Notes under the pieces: model-generated
What the model was told of the DNA's origin: nothing
What the model saw: only the letters and a program-made list of their open reading frames with translations
Database searches by the model: none
Shown here: positions 1-9,102 of the stretch, piece by piece
Position numbering within the stretch: position 1 is the stretch's first letter
Layout: each line of letters starts with the position of its first letter
Position numbers and translations under genes: made by a program
Assembly: GCA_963717445.1 (NCBI GenBank)
Contig: OY970334.1
Location: 3,891,406 to 3,955,405, forward strand
From: an uncultured Bacteroidota bacterium
Lineage (GTDB): Bacteria > Bacteroidota > Ignavibacteria > UBA10030 > UBA8401
DNA length: 64,000 nucleotides
Direction of reading: 5' to 3'

Positions 1-120
1 GTGCCGGAAGTTTCGTCGCTCGCCGGCGCAAAAGAGGGGTGGTTGTTCGATTCAACCCTCAATCGATTGAGCGTCAAGACGCCCGATTCGCAGGAAGAAA
101 TTGATGTTGTCGTTCGATAG
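1..120 (+). CDS. 3' end of an upstream gene (partial, product unknown)
   Basis: Frame 1 is open from the window edge to TAG at 118-120 (…VPEVSSLAGAKEGWLFDSTLNRLSVKTPDSQEEIDVVVR*). No recognisable motif. Confidence 0.3.
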   Translation: MPEVSSLAGAKEGWLFDSTLNRLSVKTPDSQEEIDVVVR

Positions 121-136
121 CCCTTGTCAAAATTTT

Positions 137-290
137 AAACCTTAACAAGGTTTGCTTGGTAGTGCTCAAGTTTGCGTTCTTGCGAGAGGTGACGGACACC
201 TTTCTCCCAAAAATCACGTTATGCGAGATTATTTGGCAAGATAAATCGGTAAGGTGTCCGTCACCTTAACAAACTTGAGCACTACCGTTT
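137..290. repeat. Nested perfect inverted repeats (17 bp outer, 16 bp inner) forming a long hairpin upstream of pfk
   Basis: Outer arms GGTAGTGCTCAAGTTTG (158-174) and CAAACTTGAGCACTACC (270-286). Inner arms AGGTGACGGACACCTT (187-202) and AAGGTGTCCGTCACCT (251-266). Small hairpin AAACC-TTAACAA-GGTTT at 137-153. CCTTAACAA is directly repeated at 140-148 and 264-272. Confidence 0.6.
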
Positions 291-377
291 GCTTTTCCCC
301 CTTTACGATGCATGAAAAATTTCGTACATTATAGGCTGAAGTGAAATATTGTGTGCAACCAATGAGAAGGATTATAC

Positions 378-1478
378 GTGACTGAAAAGAGAGTGAAAAG
401 GGTTGGAATTCTTACCGGAGGCGGCGATTGTCCGGGACTTAATGCTGTCATCCGCGGCGTCGGCAAGTCCGGCATCAACGACCATGGATTGACTGTCGTG
501 GGTATTGAAGATGGCTTCGAAGGGTTTGTGGAAGGAAGAATGCACGAGTTGTCCCGCAGGGAAGTTTCGGGCATCATCGGTTTAGGCGGAACGATTCTCG
601 GAACGTCCAACAAAGGAGACCCGTTTCACTACCCAACGGAAGGAAATAACGGAATTGAAATTGTCGACGCGTCTGCTCGAACGTTGAAGCATTATAGAGG
701 ATGGGGGCTCGATTGCCTTATCGCTATCGGCGGCGACGGGACGATGCACATTTCAAATAAACTTGGCGAAATGGGGATGAATATCATCGGTGTGCCGAAA
801 ACTATCGACAACGACCTTGAAGCAACCGACCAGACTTTCGGGTTCGATACTGCTCTTTCGATTGCGACGGAAGCTATCGACCGCCTCCATACAACCGGTT
901 CGGCACATCATCGTGTGATGGTGATTGAGGTGATGGGACGGTATGCCGGTTGGATTGCGCTGGAGGCGGGCTTGGCAGGCGGCGCGGATATTATCTTGAT
1001 TCCGGAAATTCCGTTTAAGTGGGGATCGGTGTTTGAAAAAGTGATCGAACGAAGCACGCGCGGCAACCGGTTTAGCATCGTCTGCGTCGCGGAGGGGGCT
1101 AAGGCCGCGGACGAAGATGTTGTGGTGAAAGAGACGGACATTAAAAGGACGGACCCTCTTCGGTTCGGAGGAATCGGCGAACACGTTTCGCAAAGGATAA
1201 CCAATGAAACCGGATTGGAGTCCCGTGTTACCGTGCTCGGCCATCTTCAACGTGGTGGAAGCCCGACCGCTTATGATAGAATTCTTGCGACGCGGTACGG
1301 CACCAAAGCTGTTGAGCTCGCCATGCACGGAAAATTTGCCCACATGGTCAGCCTCCGCGGACTTCATGTTACAGCGGTTCCCATTGCCGAAGCCATTGCA
1401 AACCAGCGGCTTGTTCCTTTCGACGGAGAAATTGTGAAATCGGCGCGCGCCGTCGGCATTAATTTTGGGGACGAATAA
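378..1478 (+). CDS. pfkA: 6-phosphofructokinase, possibly PPi-dependent type
   Basis: GILTGGGDCPGLNAVIRGV, GGDGT and GVPKTIDND motifs. The Lys in the GxPKTIDND position is typical of PPi-PFKs. GTG start. Confidence 0.9.
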   Translation: MTEKRVKRVGILTGGGDCPGLNAVIRGVGKSGINDHGLTVVGIEDGFEGFVEGRMHELSRREVSGIIGLGGTILGTSNKGDPFHYPTEGNNGIEIVDASARTLKHYRGWGLDCLIAIGGDGTMHISNKLGEMGMNIIGVPKTIDNDLEATDQTFGFDTALSIATEAIDRLHTTGSAHHRVMVIEVMGRYAGWIALEAGLAGGADIILIPEIPFKWGSVFEKVIERSTRGNRFSIVCVAEGAKAADEDVVVKETDIKRTDPLRFGGIGEHVSQRITNETGLESRVTVLGHLQRGGSPTAYDRILATRYGTKAVELAMHGKFAHMVSLRGLHVTAVPIAEAIANQRLVPFDGEIVKSARAVGINFGDE

Positions 1479-1610
1479 TGCTTGTTCATCATTGCATTGT
1501 TAGGAACCGCGAGACGCAAAGTCGCCAAGAATTGTTTGAATTTCTTAATTCCAGCACTTTGTGTCTTGGCGCCTTTGCGGTTAAAGTTCAGCTTCGCGGG
1601 TGATTAAACG

Positions 1611-1826
1611 ATGACACGCGTTGAACAACATAAAATGATCGACGAGTTGAAGGATTACGCGAGGTTCATGAAGGGGAAGGATGCTTCCGATTTTGAGATG
1701 TTCGTGAAGCGGGATAAAGATGACGAAGACCTCGACGAGCTCTCACAGCAGCGGCTCCGGTTTTTATACGAGACGATCAAAGCGTTGAGGCCAAAATCGA
1801 AGATGAAGAATCCGTTTGAGAAATGA
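1611..1826 (+). CDS. small charged hypothetical protein (71 aa)
   Basis: Intergenic ORF with ATG start, no overlap with other genes, plausible codon usage. No known motif. Confidence 0.35.
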   Translation: MTRVEQHKMIDELKDYARFMKGKDASDFEMFVKRDKDDEDLDELSQQRLRFLYETIKALRPKSKMKNPFEK

Positions 1827-1930
1827 CCGGACTTCGCTCGCATTCCCGTTTTTGGAGAGAGCAAGGGAATTTCCGTTACATGCAATTATCGATGTAGCTC
1901 GCCACCTGCAATGATCCTGGAGTACCTTCC

Positions 1931-2902
1931 ATGAAATTTCGCCCGTTAGGTAAAACCGGAATTAACGTTTCTGAAATCGGCTTCGGTGCATGGGGAATCG
2001 GCGGTCAAATGTGGCAAGGCTCGGATGACCAACAGTCAATGGCTGCGTTACGGAAAGCTGTCGAGCTGGGAGTGAATTTTTTCGACACCGCGCTTGCTTA
2101 CGGTGAAGGGCACAGCGAGCAGCTTCTTGGAAAACTTTTCCGGAGCACCAACAGGAAAATTTATATCGCAACAAAAGTCCCTCCGAAAAACCGCCAATGG
2201 CCTGCACAATCCGGCGTTCCATTTAGCGAAGCATTCCCCAAGAATTACATCATTGCATCGGCGAATCAAAGCCTGAAGAATCTTCGGATAGAATGTATTG
2301 ACCTTCTGCAGTTTCATGTTTGGAGTGATGAATGGGTCGGGGCGGATGAAATTTGGGAGGCGATTCGATTATTGAAAGCGGAAGGGAAGATCAAAGCATT
2401 CGGGATTTCAATGAACGACCACGAGCCTGCTTCGGTGTTAAAAGCCGCGAAAACCGGAATGATCGATACGTTTCAGGTGATCTACAATATTTTCGACCAA
2501 TCCCCGGAAGAAGAATTATTTCCGTACTGTCAGAAAAATGATATCGGCATTATCGCGCGCGTGCCGTTCGACGAAGGGGGACTTACCGGGCGGATCAAAC
2601 CGGATACTGCTTTTCCCACGAGCGATTGGCGTAATAAATATTTCCAAGGGGACAGAAAGCAGCAAGTCTACGACCGGGTTGAAAAACTTAAACCACTTCT
2701 CGGCGCTGAAGCAAAGACACTCCCCGAATTAGCTCTTCGGTTTATCCTTTCGCGGCCCGCAGTCTCGACCGTTATCCCCGGCATGCGAAGCATAGCCAAT
2801 GTTGAGACCAACACCGCCGTTTCCGATGGAAAATATCTTTCCGAAAAGCTGTTGAAAGAATTAAAAAAACATAAATGGGCGAGAAATTTTTACGGCAATT
2901 GA
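1931..2902 (+). CDS. aldo/keto reductase family oxidoreductase
   Basis: Typical AKR N-terminus (GFGAWGIGG…FFDTALAYGEGHSEQLLG), about 320 aa. Confidence 0.85.
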   Translation: MKFRPLGKTGINVSEIGFGAWGIGGQMWQGSDDQQSMAALRKAVELGVNFFDTALAYGEGHSEQLLGKLFRSTNRKIYIATKVPPKNRQWPAQSGVPFSEAFPKNYIIASANQSLKNLRIECIDLLQFHVWSDEWVGADEIWEAIRLLKAEGKIKAFGISMNDHEPASVLKAAKTGMIDTFQVIYNIFDQSPEEELFPYCQKNDIGIIARVPFDEGGLTGRIKPDTAFPTSDWRNKYFQGDRKQQVYDRVEKLKPLLGAEAKTLPELALRFILSRPAVSTVIPGMRSIANVETNTAVSDGKYLSEKLLKELKKHKWARNFYGN

Positions 2903-3444
2903 AGGAGCTTACCTCTAAATCGCAAAGATTGCTGGTTTCTTGTAAAGATTTCGAGAGCTTCTTTTTCTCTTGTAGGATGATTACTTCTAGGATGATAGTT
3001 TGATCCTTCCGATCCTTCGTTCGAAAAATCCTCGATATTGTTTTTAAATTGCAAACTCCCCAACACCGTTAAATTTGAAGGTTACCAGGTTGGAAGTAAT
3101 ACATGATGTCGGAGACCTTATCTAGGAAATCGCGATATGTTGAATCTTTTAGTGTAAAGCAGAAACCCACGGCCTATGGCGGTGGTTATGTTCAGTTGAC
3201 CATGCTTGTCATTCCGGTCGAGTCCCGCTTTCAGGCGGGACGAAGAACCGGAATCCAGTTCCGTTGATTGACTCTGGATTCCGCGTCAAGCGCGGAATGA
3301 CTTGCTTTTTCTTTTCAAAAGCCACCATCTTTGATGGTGGTCGTTTACTCCGATAAATTAAAAAGGTGTCCTCCATCTGCCCAGTCTAGCAGTGCTAGGA
3401 GGGGCGAGGCTTTTTTTTTACCGTGGAATTACCTAAATTGTCGC

Positions 3445-3777
3445 GTGCAGCCAGTTCGTATACAGCAGACCTCCGCGTCGGAACTCTCTATCGTGTGGGA
3501 CAACGGGCATTCCAGCCGGTATATGCTTCGGCATCTCCGCATGTCGTGTCCGTGTGCCTCCTGTAAAATGGAGCGAGAAACGGATCACGACAACGTTCTC
3601 CTTCCGATATTTAAAGCAGGAGAATTTCAGATTACCTCCGCAACGCCGGTGGGGCAGTATGCGATTCAATTTGTGTGGGCAGATGGACATAGCTCGGGTA
3701 TTTATACATTCGAGTACTTGCGAAGCCTGTGCCAATGCGGAGAGTGCTCGGTTGGTATTTCGTCGAATATTCATTAA
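3445..3777 (+). CDS. DUF971 family protein (gamma-butyrobetaine hydroxylase-like N-terminal domain)
   Basis: Repeated W-x-DGH-S-S-(R/G)-Y motifs plus CPCASC and CQCGEC cysteine pairs. The six-frame ORF begins at 3331, but that stretch overlaps a hairpin/terminator region. The likely start is GTG at 3445. Confidence 0.6.
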   Translation: MQPVRIQQTSASELSIVWDNGHSSRYMLRHLRMSCPCASCKMERETDHDNVLLPIFKAGEFQITSATPVGQYAIQFVWADGHSSGIYTFEYLRSLCQCGECSVGISSNIH

Positions 3778-3955
3778 TGGAGACTTCTGAATAATTCCAA
3801 AAGCATGCTTCGCTCAAAGTTGCAAAATGATTTAACAACAACGTCTCCGCCCCTTTACGGCTTCGCGAGAAACGATTTTTCTGATACCTCTCATGCTATT
3901 TTTATTGGAACTTTTAATTCACTCAATTTTTATTGATGTAATTCTCTTCGGAGTT

Positions 3956-5317
3956 ATGATGGCAAAATTCTCAGTCTCGGTATTGTTCATCGGTGTATTC
4001 CTGGCTCTTGTCACGACGAGCAGGGCCGGCGAGCCGATAACATCAACCGATATTTTTCCGTATCCCGTTACCAAAACAGTATTGGAAAACGGTCTCACAG
4101 TCCTGACAATTCCCTACGACAGCCCCGGACTGGTTGCGTATTATACCGTCGTGCGAACCGGTTCGCGCAATGAAGTCGAAGCCGGGCATTCGGGTTTCGC
4201 GCATTTCTTCGAGCATTGCATGTTCCGCGGCACGGTGAAATATCCCGCCGATAAATATAACGATATTTTGAAACGCCTCGGTGCCGATTCCAATGCCTTT
4301 ACGACCGACGATTGGACATGTTACCATATCGTCGCTAGCTCCGATGCCCTTGAGACGCTCGCGGATATTGAGAGCGACCGCTTCATGAACCTCAAATATT
4401 CTGAAGAAGCATTCAAAACGGAATCCGGGGCGATTCTCGGCGAGTACAACAAGAATTATTCTATTCCTTTTGAATCGATGTTCGAGACGTTGCAAAACAC
4501 GGCGTTCACGACACACACCTATAAACACACGACGATGGGTTTCCTCTCCGACATTAGGGATATGCCGAACCAGTACCAGTACAGTTTAAAATTCCACGAC
4601 CGCTTTTATCGTCCTGAAAACTGCACCGTCATCGTCGTCGGCGATGTGAACAATGACGACGTTGTACGCATCGTGAAAAAATATTACTCAGGATGGAAAA
4701 GGGGAACGTACGAGGTTCAAGTTCCCGTCGAGCCGCCGCAAACAGAAGAGAAGGTGGTGGTCATGCCATGGAAGAACAAGACGCTCCCGTATTTTCTCGT
4801 CGGCTACCATGTTCCGGCTTTCAGCGACACGGACGTCGAGCGTGCGTCGCTCGACATCCTCTCGCAGCTTGTGTTCTCCGAAAGCTCGCCCCTGTACCAG
4901 TCGCTGGTGATAAAAAAGCAGCTCGTAGAATTTGTGAGCGGCGGATCGGACGACCATCGGGACCCGTTCCTGTTCACAATAATGTCCCGCATCAAGGATG
5001 CAAAGAAGATCGATTCTGTGCGTGATGAGATCTACGCAGCAATTGAGACCGCCAAAACAGTTCCCGTCGATCCTCAAAAGCTTCAAGACATCAAGTCTCA
5101 CGTCAGGTACGCGTTTGCAATGCAATTGAACAAACCGGATAATGTCGCCGTTACGGTAGCCACCTATATCGCACTCACCGGAAATTATGAGTCGATGAAT
5201 AAAGTCTATTCTCTCTACGACAAGGTTACCGCCGAGGACATTATGCACGCGGCGAAAAAGTACTTCACGAAAGAAAATCGTACCGTCGTGATTCTTGAAC
5301 ACGAGGCGGCCCAATGA
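3956..5317 (+). CDS. M16 family zinc peptidase (pitrilysin-like, catalytic subunit)
   Basis: Inverted zinc motif HFFEH (GFAHFFEHCMFRGT). N-terminal signal peptide MMAKFSVSVLFIGVFLALVTTSRA. The internal ATG at 3956 is preferred over the ORF-track start at 3893. Confidence 0.85.
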   Translation: MMAKFSVSVLFIGVFLALVTTSRAGEPITSTDIFPYPVTKTVLENGLTVLTIPYDSPGLVAYYTVVRTGSRNEVEAGHSGFAHFFEHCMFRGTVKYPADKYNDILKRLGADSNAFTTDDWTCYHIVASSDALETLADIESDRFMNLKYSEEAFKTESGAILGEYNKNYSIPFESMFETLQNTAFTTHTYKHTTMGFLSDIRDMPNQYQYSLKFHDRFYRPENCTVIVVGDVNNDDVVRIVKKYYSGWKRGTYEVQVPVEPPQTEEKVVVMPWKNKTLPYFLVGYHVPAFSDTDVERASLDILSQLVFSESSPLYQSLVIKKQLVEFVSGGSDDHRDPFLFTIMSRIKDAKKIDSVRDEIYAAIETAKTVPVDPQKLQDIKSHVRYAFAMQLNKPDNVAVTVATYIALTGNYESMNKVYSLYDKVTAEDIMHAAKKYFTKENRTVVILEHEAAQ

Positions 5318-6822
5318 ACCTGCGAGCATATTCTTCCACCGTTTTTTTCTTCCTGACGCTTATGGTAACCACGTTCGCTTTCTCACAGCAGATCTCACGA
5401 ATAACGGAGGTGTATGTACCGAATTCGCCCCTCGTATCGTTCCGGGTCGTAATCCGCAGCGGGTCTATTAACGACCCGGCCGGGAAAGAAGGATTGAACG
5501 CGTTGACCGCTGCAATGATCGGCCAGGGAGGCTCGCAGTCTCTCTCGTATCAACAAATTGTCGACAAGCTTTATCCCTGGGCTGCCGAGATTCGCGTCCA
5601 GGCGGACAAAGAAGAGACGGCCATCATCGGCGAAGTGCACCGCGACCATCTGCAGGAATTTTTTGAGATATTCTGGGAGCTGATCGCTTCGCCCCGTTTC
5701 GACTCGGACGACTTCGCCCGGAATAAAGACGAACAGATCAATTTTCTTAAGAACACATTGAGGGGCAACGACGATGAGAATCTCGGCAAATCGGGGTTGA
5801 ATCTCTTGATGTATGCCGATCATCCGTACCGGACAGTCGTTGAGGGAACTGTGCAAGGTTTGAACTCCATAACGATCGACAACGTCAAGGCTTTTCACAA
5901 TGCAATGTACACTCAAAGCCGTATTGTCTTCGGCATCGCCGGCGGTTATCCCAAAGAGTTCATCGAGCAGGTAAAAAAAGATCTTGCCGGGCTGCCGGCC
6001 GGTTCGTATACGGAGGTTGCTCTTCCCACGCCGGCTCAGCCCGTCGGCGTCGAAGGGATGATCATCCAAAAGGAAAATCGCGCTACGGCAATTTCCTTCG
6101 GCTATCCAATCGACGTGACACGCGCGGATAAAGATTATTACGCACTGCTTGTCGCAAATTCCTACCTCGGCGAACACCGGACATTCAACGGCGTATTGAT
6201 GAACCATTTGCGCGGCGACCGCGGGTTGAATTACGGCGATTACTCGTACATTGAAAATTTTATCCAAGACGGCGGCTCGACGTTCCCCGAGCCGAATATC
6301 CCGCGCCGGCAGCAATTTTTCAGCGTCTGGATTCGCCCGGTCGAGCCGAAGAACGCTCACTTCGCCATTCGGGCCGCCATGCGCGAGGTTCAGCTCCTTG
6401 TGGACAGCGGGCTGACGAAAGAAGAATTCGAGACGACGAGAAATTTTCTGATTCATTATTCCAAATTATGGGTTCAAACGCAAAGCCGCAGGCTGGGGTA
6501 TGTGATGGATTCGGAGTTTTACGGTATTCCATACTATATCGATTATCTTGCACGACAATTGTCGGCATTGACGGTCGACGATGTCAATGCGGCGATCAAG
6601 AAGCACCTCCAGGCGAAAAATTATTATCTTTCAATCGTAGCAAAAGATGCCGGGCCGCTGAACGACGCTCTTCTATCGAACTCCCCTTCGCCGATCCAAT
6701 ACAACAACCCGAACGTCCCGGCCGAAATTCTTGAACAGGATAAGGTCATTGAGGTGCTGCCGGTCAACATCAACAAAGAGAATTTCAGTATCGTCCCATC
6801 GGGCGATTTGTTCGAGAAATAA
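5314..6822 (+). CDS. M16 family peptidase-like protein (second, likely non-catalytic subunit)
   Basis: 4-bp ATGA overlap with the upstream M16 gene. Signal peptide present. M16 fold-like length, but no HxxEH motif seen. Confidence 0.75.
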   Translation: MNLRAYSSTVFFFLTLMVTTFAFSQQISRITEVYVPNSPLVSFRVVIRSGSINDPAGKEGLNALTAAMIGQGGSQSLSYQQIVDKLYPWAAEIRVQADKEETAIIGEVHRDHLQEFFEIFWELIASPRFDSDDFARNKDEQINFLKNTLRGNDDENLGKSGLNLLMYADHPYRTVVEGTVQGLNSITIDNVKAFHNAMYTQSRIVFGIAGGYPKEFIEQVKKDLAGLPAGSYTEVALPTPAQPVGVEGMIIQKENRATAISFGYPIDVTRADKDYYALLVANSYLGEHRTFNGVLMNHLRGDRGLNYGDYSYIENFIQDGGSTFPEPNIPRRQQFFSVWIRPVEPKNAHFAIRAAMREVQLLVDSGLTKEEFETTRNFLIHYSKLWVQTQSRRLGYVMDSEFYGIPYYIDYLARQLSALTVDDVNAAIKKHLQAKNYYLSIVAKDAGPLNDALLSNSPSPIQYNNPNVPAEILEQDKVIEVLPVNINKENFSIVPSGDLFEK

Positions 6823-6865
6823 GTTAGCCAACACGAAGTCTTTTACTAACGTTGAGGAGGATGGC

Positions 6866-7399
6866 ATGAGCACTCATGAGCTTGATGATGAGTTGGACGA
6901 AATGTTCGAGCATGAGAAGAAGCTGAAAAAAGTTTTGTCAAACGAGACCATTCAACAGCCGATCCGGATCCTCGAGCTCGGTCGCGCACTTGTCGTTGAG
7001 AGTTCGGCAAATGTCGGAACTACGATTGAGTTGATGCAGCAACGGAAGACAGGCTCTGTTCTGGCAGTGCGCAACGGAGTGCTTACCGGGATTTTTACGG
7101 AGCGGGACATCCTGATGAAAGTCGTCAACAAGAAATTAGACCTTTATAAACTTTCGGTAAGCGATGTCATGAAGCCGTCGCCGGAAGTGCTCCATCTTGA
7201 CGATTCGATCGCGTTTGCGATGAATTTGATGTCGGTCGGCGGATACCGGCACATACCGATTGTCGATGACCAGCGCAAGCCGGTCAGCATTCTTTCGGTG
7301 AAGAATGTCATTTCGTATATTGTCGAACATTTTCCCGATGAAATTCTCAACCTTCCGCCGAAGCCTCTCCGGACGACGACGGAACGAGAGGGTGCGTAA
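6866..7399 (+). CDS. CBS domain-containing protein
   Basis: Tandem CBS-like segments (VAVRNGVLTGIFTERDI…; GYRHIPIVDDQRKPVSILSVKNV). GGAGG RBS ahead of the ATG at 6866, so the ORF-track start at 6731 is probably too long. Confidence 0.75.
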   Translation: MSTHELDDELDEMFEHEKKLKKVLSNETIQQPIRILELGRALVVESSANVGTTIELMQQRKTGSVLAVRNGVLTGIFTERDILMKVVNKKLDLYKLSVSDVMKPSPEVLHLDDSIAFAMNLMSVGGYRHIPIVDDQRKPVSILSVKNVISYIVEHFPDEILNLPPKPLRTTTEREGA

Positions 7400-7415
7400 T
7401 CGAGCGAGAGATCAC

Positions 7416-8012
7416 ATGAACGAAACGATCGCTCGCGATATTATCGACCCCGGGCTTCTGTTAAACGCCTACCGCTGCGGCATTTTTCCGATGGCGGAAA
7501 GTAGGGAGGGAGAAATCCATTGGTACGAGCCGGAGCTTCGAGCGGTGTTTCCTCTCGAAGGGCTGAAAATATCGAGAAGCTTGCGACAGACAATAAGGAA
7601 AAAGATATTCGACATCCGGCTCAATACCTCGTTTGAATCGGTTATGCGGAGATGCGCGGATCGTGAGGAAACATGGATCTCCGAGCCGATTATTCAAAGT
7701 TACTGTGAACTTCACCGGCGTGGTTTTGCTTTCTCGGTTGAATCGTGGCAGGGCAGCGAACTTGCCGGCGGGCTTTACGGGGTTGCGCTCGGGGGAGCTT
7801 TTTTCGGAGAATCGATGTTTAGCAGGATGAAGGATGCATCGAAAGCCGCCCTTGTTGCGCTCGTTCAGCATCTTCGACAACGGCAGTTTGTTTTGCTCGA
7901 TGCGCAATTTATGACACCACATCTTCAGAGTCTGGGTGCGGTCGAAATTTCACAACGCGAGTATTTGAGCCGGCTTCACGCCGCGCTTCAACTCAATCGG
8001 TCATTTGCATAG
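7416..8012 (+). CDS. aat: leucyl/phenylalanyl-tRNA--protein transferase
   Basis: NAYRCGIFPMAESREGEIHWYEPELRAVFPL…GGLYGVALGGAFFGESMFS is the typical Aat sequence. Internal ATG at 7416. Confidence 0.85.
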   Translation: MNETIARDIIDPGLLLNAYRCGIFPMAESREGEIHWYEPELRAVFPLEGLKISRSLRQTIRKKIFDIRLNTSFESVMRRCADREETWISEPIIQSYCELHRRGFAFSVESWQGSELAGGLYGVALGGAFFGESMFSRMKDASKAALVALVQHLRQRQFVLLDAQFMTPHLQSLGAVEISQREYLSRLHAALQLNRSFA

Positions 8013-8074
8013 CACCTTATCCTTATTTTGCACGTAATATTTTTAACTTTTCACTTTTAACTTTTCATTGATTT

Positions 8075-8968
8075 ATGCCCCCCGTTATTATTGAAACAAA
8101 TTTCTCTAAACTTCACTTCGTGAAGCGCGGCAAAGTCCGCGATATGTACGAAGTGGGAGACTTCTTTTTGATTGTTGCGACCGACCGCCTCTCGGCATAC
8201 GATGTTGTTATGCCTCAGGGAATTCCCGATAAGGGAAAGGTGCTGACGCAAATCTCCAAGTATTGGTTCGACCTCACGAAAGGTATCATCAAGAACCACG
8301 TCGTCTCGACAGATGTGCAGGACTTTCCGGCAGAGTGTAAACCGTACGCCGATGAACTGCGCGGACGAAGCATGCTGGTGAAGAAAACGCGCCCTCTCGG
8401 CGTCGAATGCATTGTCCGCGGCTATCTTTCAGGGTCCGGTTGGTCTGAATACCAGGAGATGAAAAGTGTCTGCGGGCTTCCACTCCCGGCCGGGTTGGTC
8501 GAAAGTTCGCGATTGCCGTCTCCTATTTTCACACCGTCGACCAAAGCCGAACTTGGAGTCCACGACGAAAACATTACATTTGAAGAAATGGTGAAGCTTG
8601 AAGGGGAAGCTATCAGCAATAATGTGCGGGATATTGCAGTGCAGATTTTCAACACAGCCTCGGCCATCGCCGAGTCGAAAGGCATCATCATCGCCGATAC
8701 AAAAATGGAGTTCGGTACTCTCAATGATGAATTGATCCTCATCGACGAGCTTCTGACTCCCGACTCGTCTCGTTTTTGGCCGAAAAGCAAGTACAAACCG
8801 GGCGGAAGCCAGCCAAGCTTCGATAAGCAGTTTGTCCGGGACTATCTCACTTCGATAAAATTCAACAGGCGAGCTCCGGGACCGATGATGCCCGAAGAGA
8901 TTATTCAGAAAACGGCTGAGCTGTATCGAGAGGCGCTTGTGACGCTGACCGGTAAACACGTTGAATAA
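8075..8968 (+). CDS. purC: phosphoribosylaminoimidazole-succinocarboxamide synthase (SAICAR synthetase)
   Basis: [45 protein letters not shown] is the long-form PurC signature. Confidence 0.9.
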   Translation: MPPVIIETNFSKLHFVKRGKVRDMYEVGDFFLIVATDRLSAYDVVMPQGIPDKGKVLTQISKYWFDLTKGIIKNHVVSTDVQDFPAECKPYADELRGRSMLVKKTRPLGVECIVRGYLSGSGWSEYQEMKSVCGLPLPAGLVESSRLPSPIFTPSTKAELGVHDENITFEEMVKLEGEAISNNVRDIAVQIFNTASAIAESKGIIIADTKMEFGTLNDELILIDELLTPDSSRFWPKSKYKPGGSQPSFDKQFVRDYLTSIKFNRRAPGPMMPEEIIQKTAELYREALVTLTGKHVE

Positions 8969-9102
8969 ATTATTTCTCGCAAAGCCGCGAAGATTTTTTT
9001 TAGAATTAATTTGCGACTTTGCGTCTTTGCGTGAGCACCCCTTTTTGAATTATTCAGAACTGTCAGGCTCATTTTATTCCACACCGTCAAAAATAAAGGC
9101 AA

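Noticed and set aside
753-1367. 204-aa and 98-aa minus-strand ORFs inside pfkA
   Set aside because: They are antisense shadow ORFs within a well-supported conserved gene and show no recognisable motifs. The same reasoning applies to the many antisense ORFs inside korA, feoB, argG, the TPR-CHAT gene and the TonB receptor.
3331-3444. N-terminal 38-codon extension of the DUF971 ORF (MMVVVYSDKLKRCPP…)
   Set aside because: The extension runs through a hairpin-plus-T-run terminator-like region. The DUF971 family is about 110 aa, and the GTG at 3445 gives the expected length.
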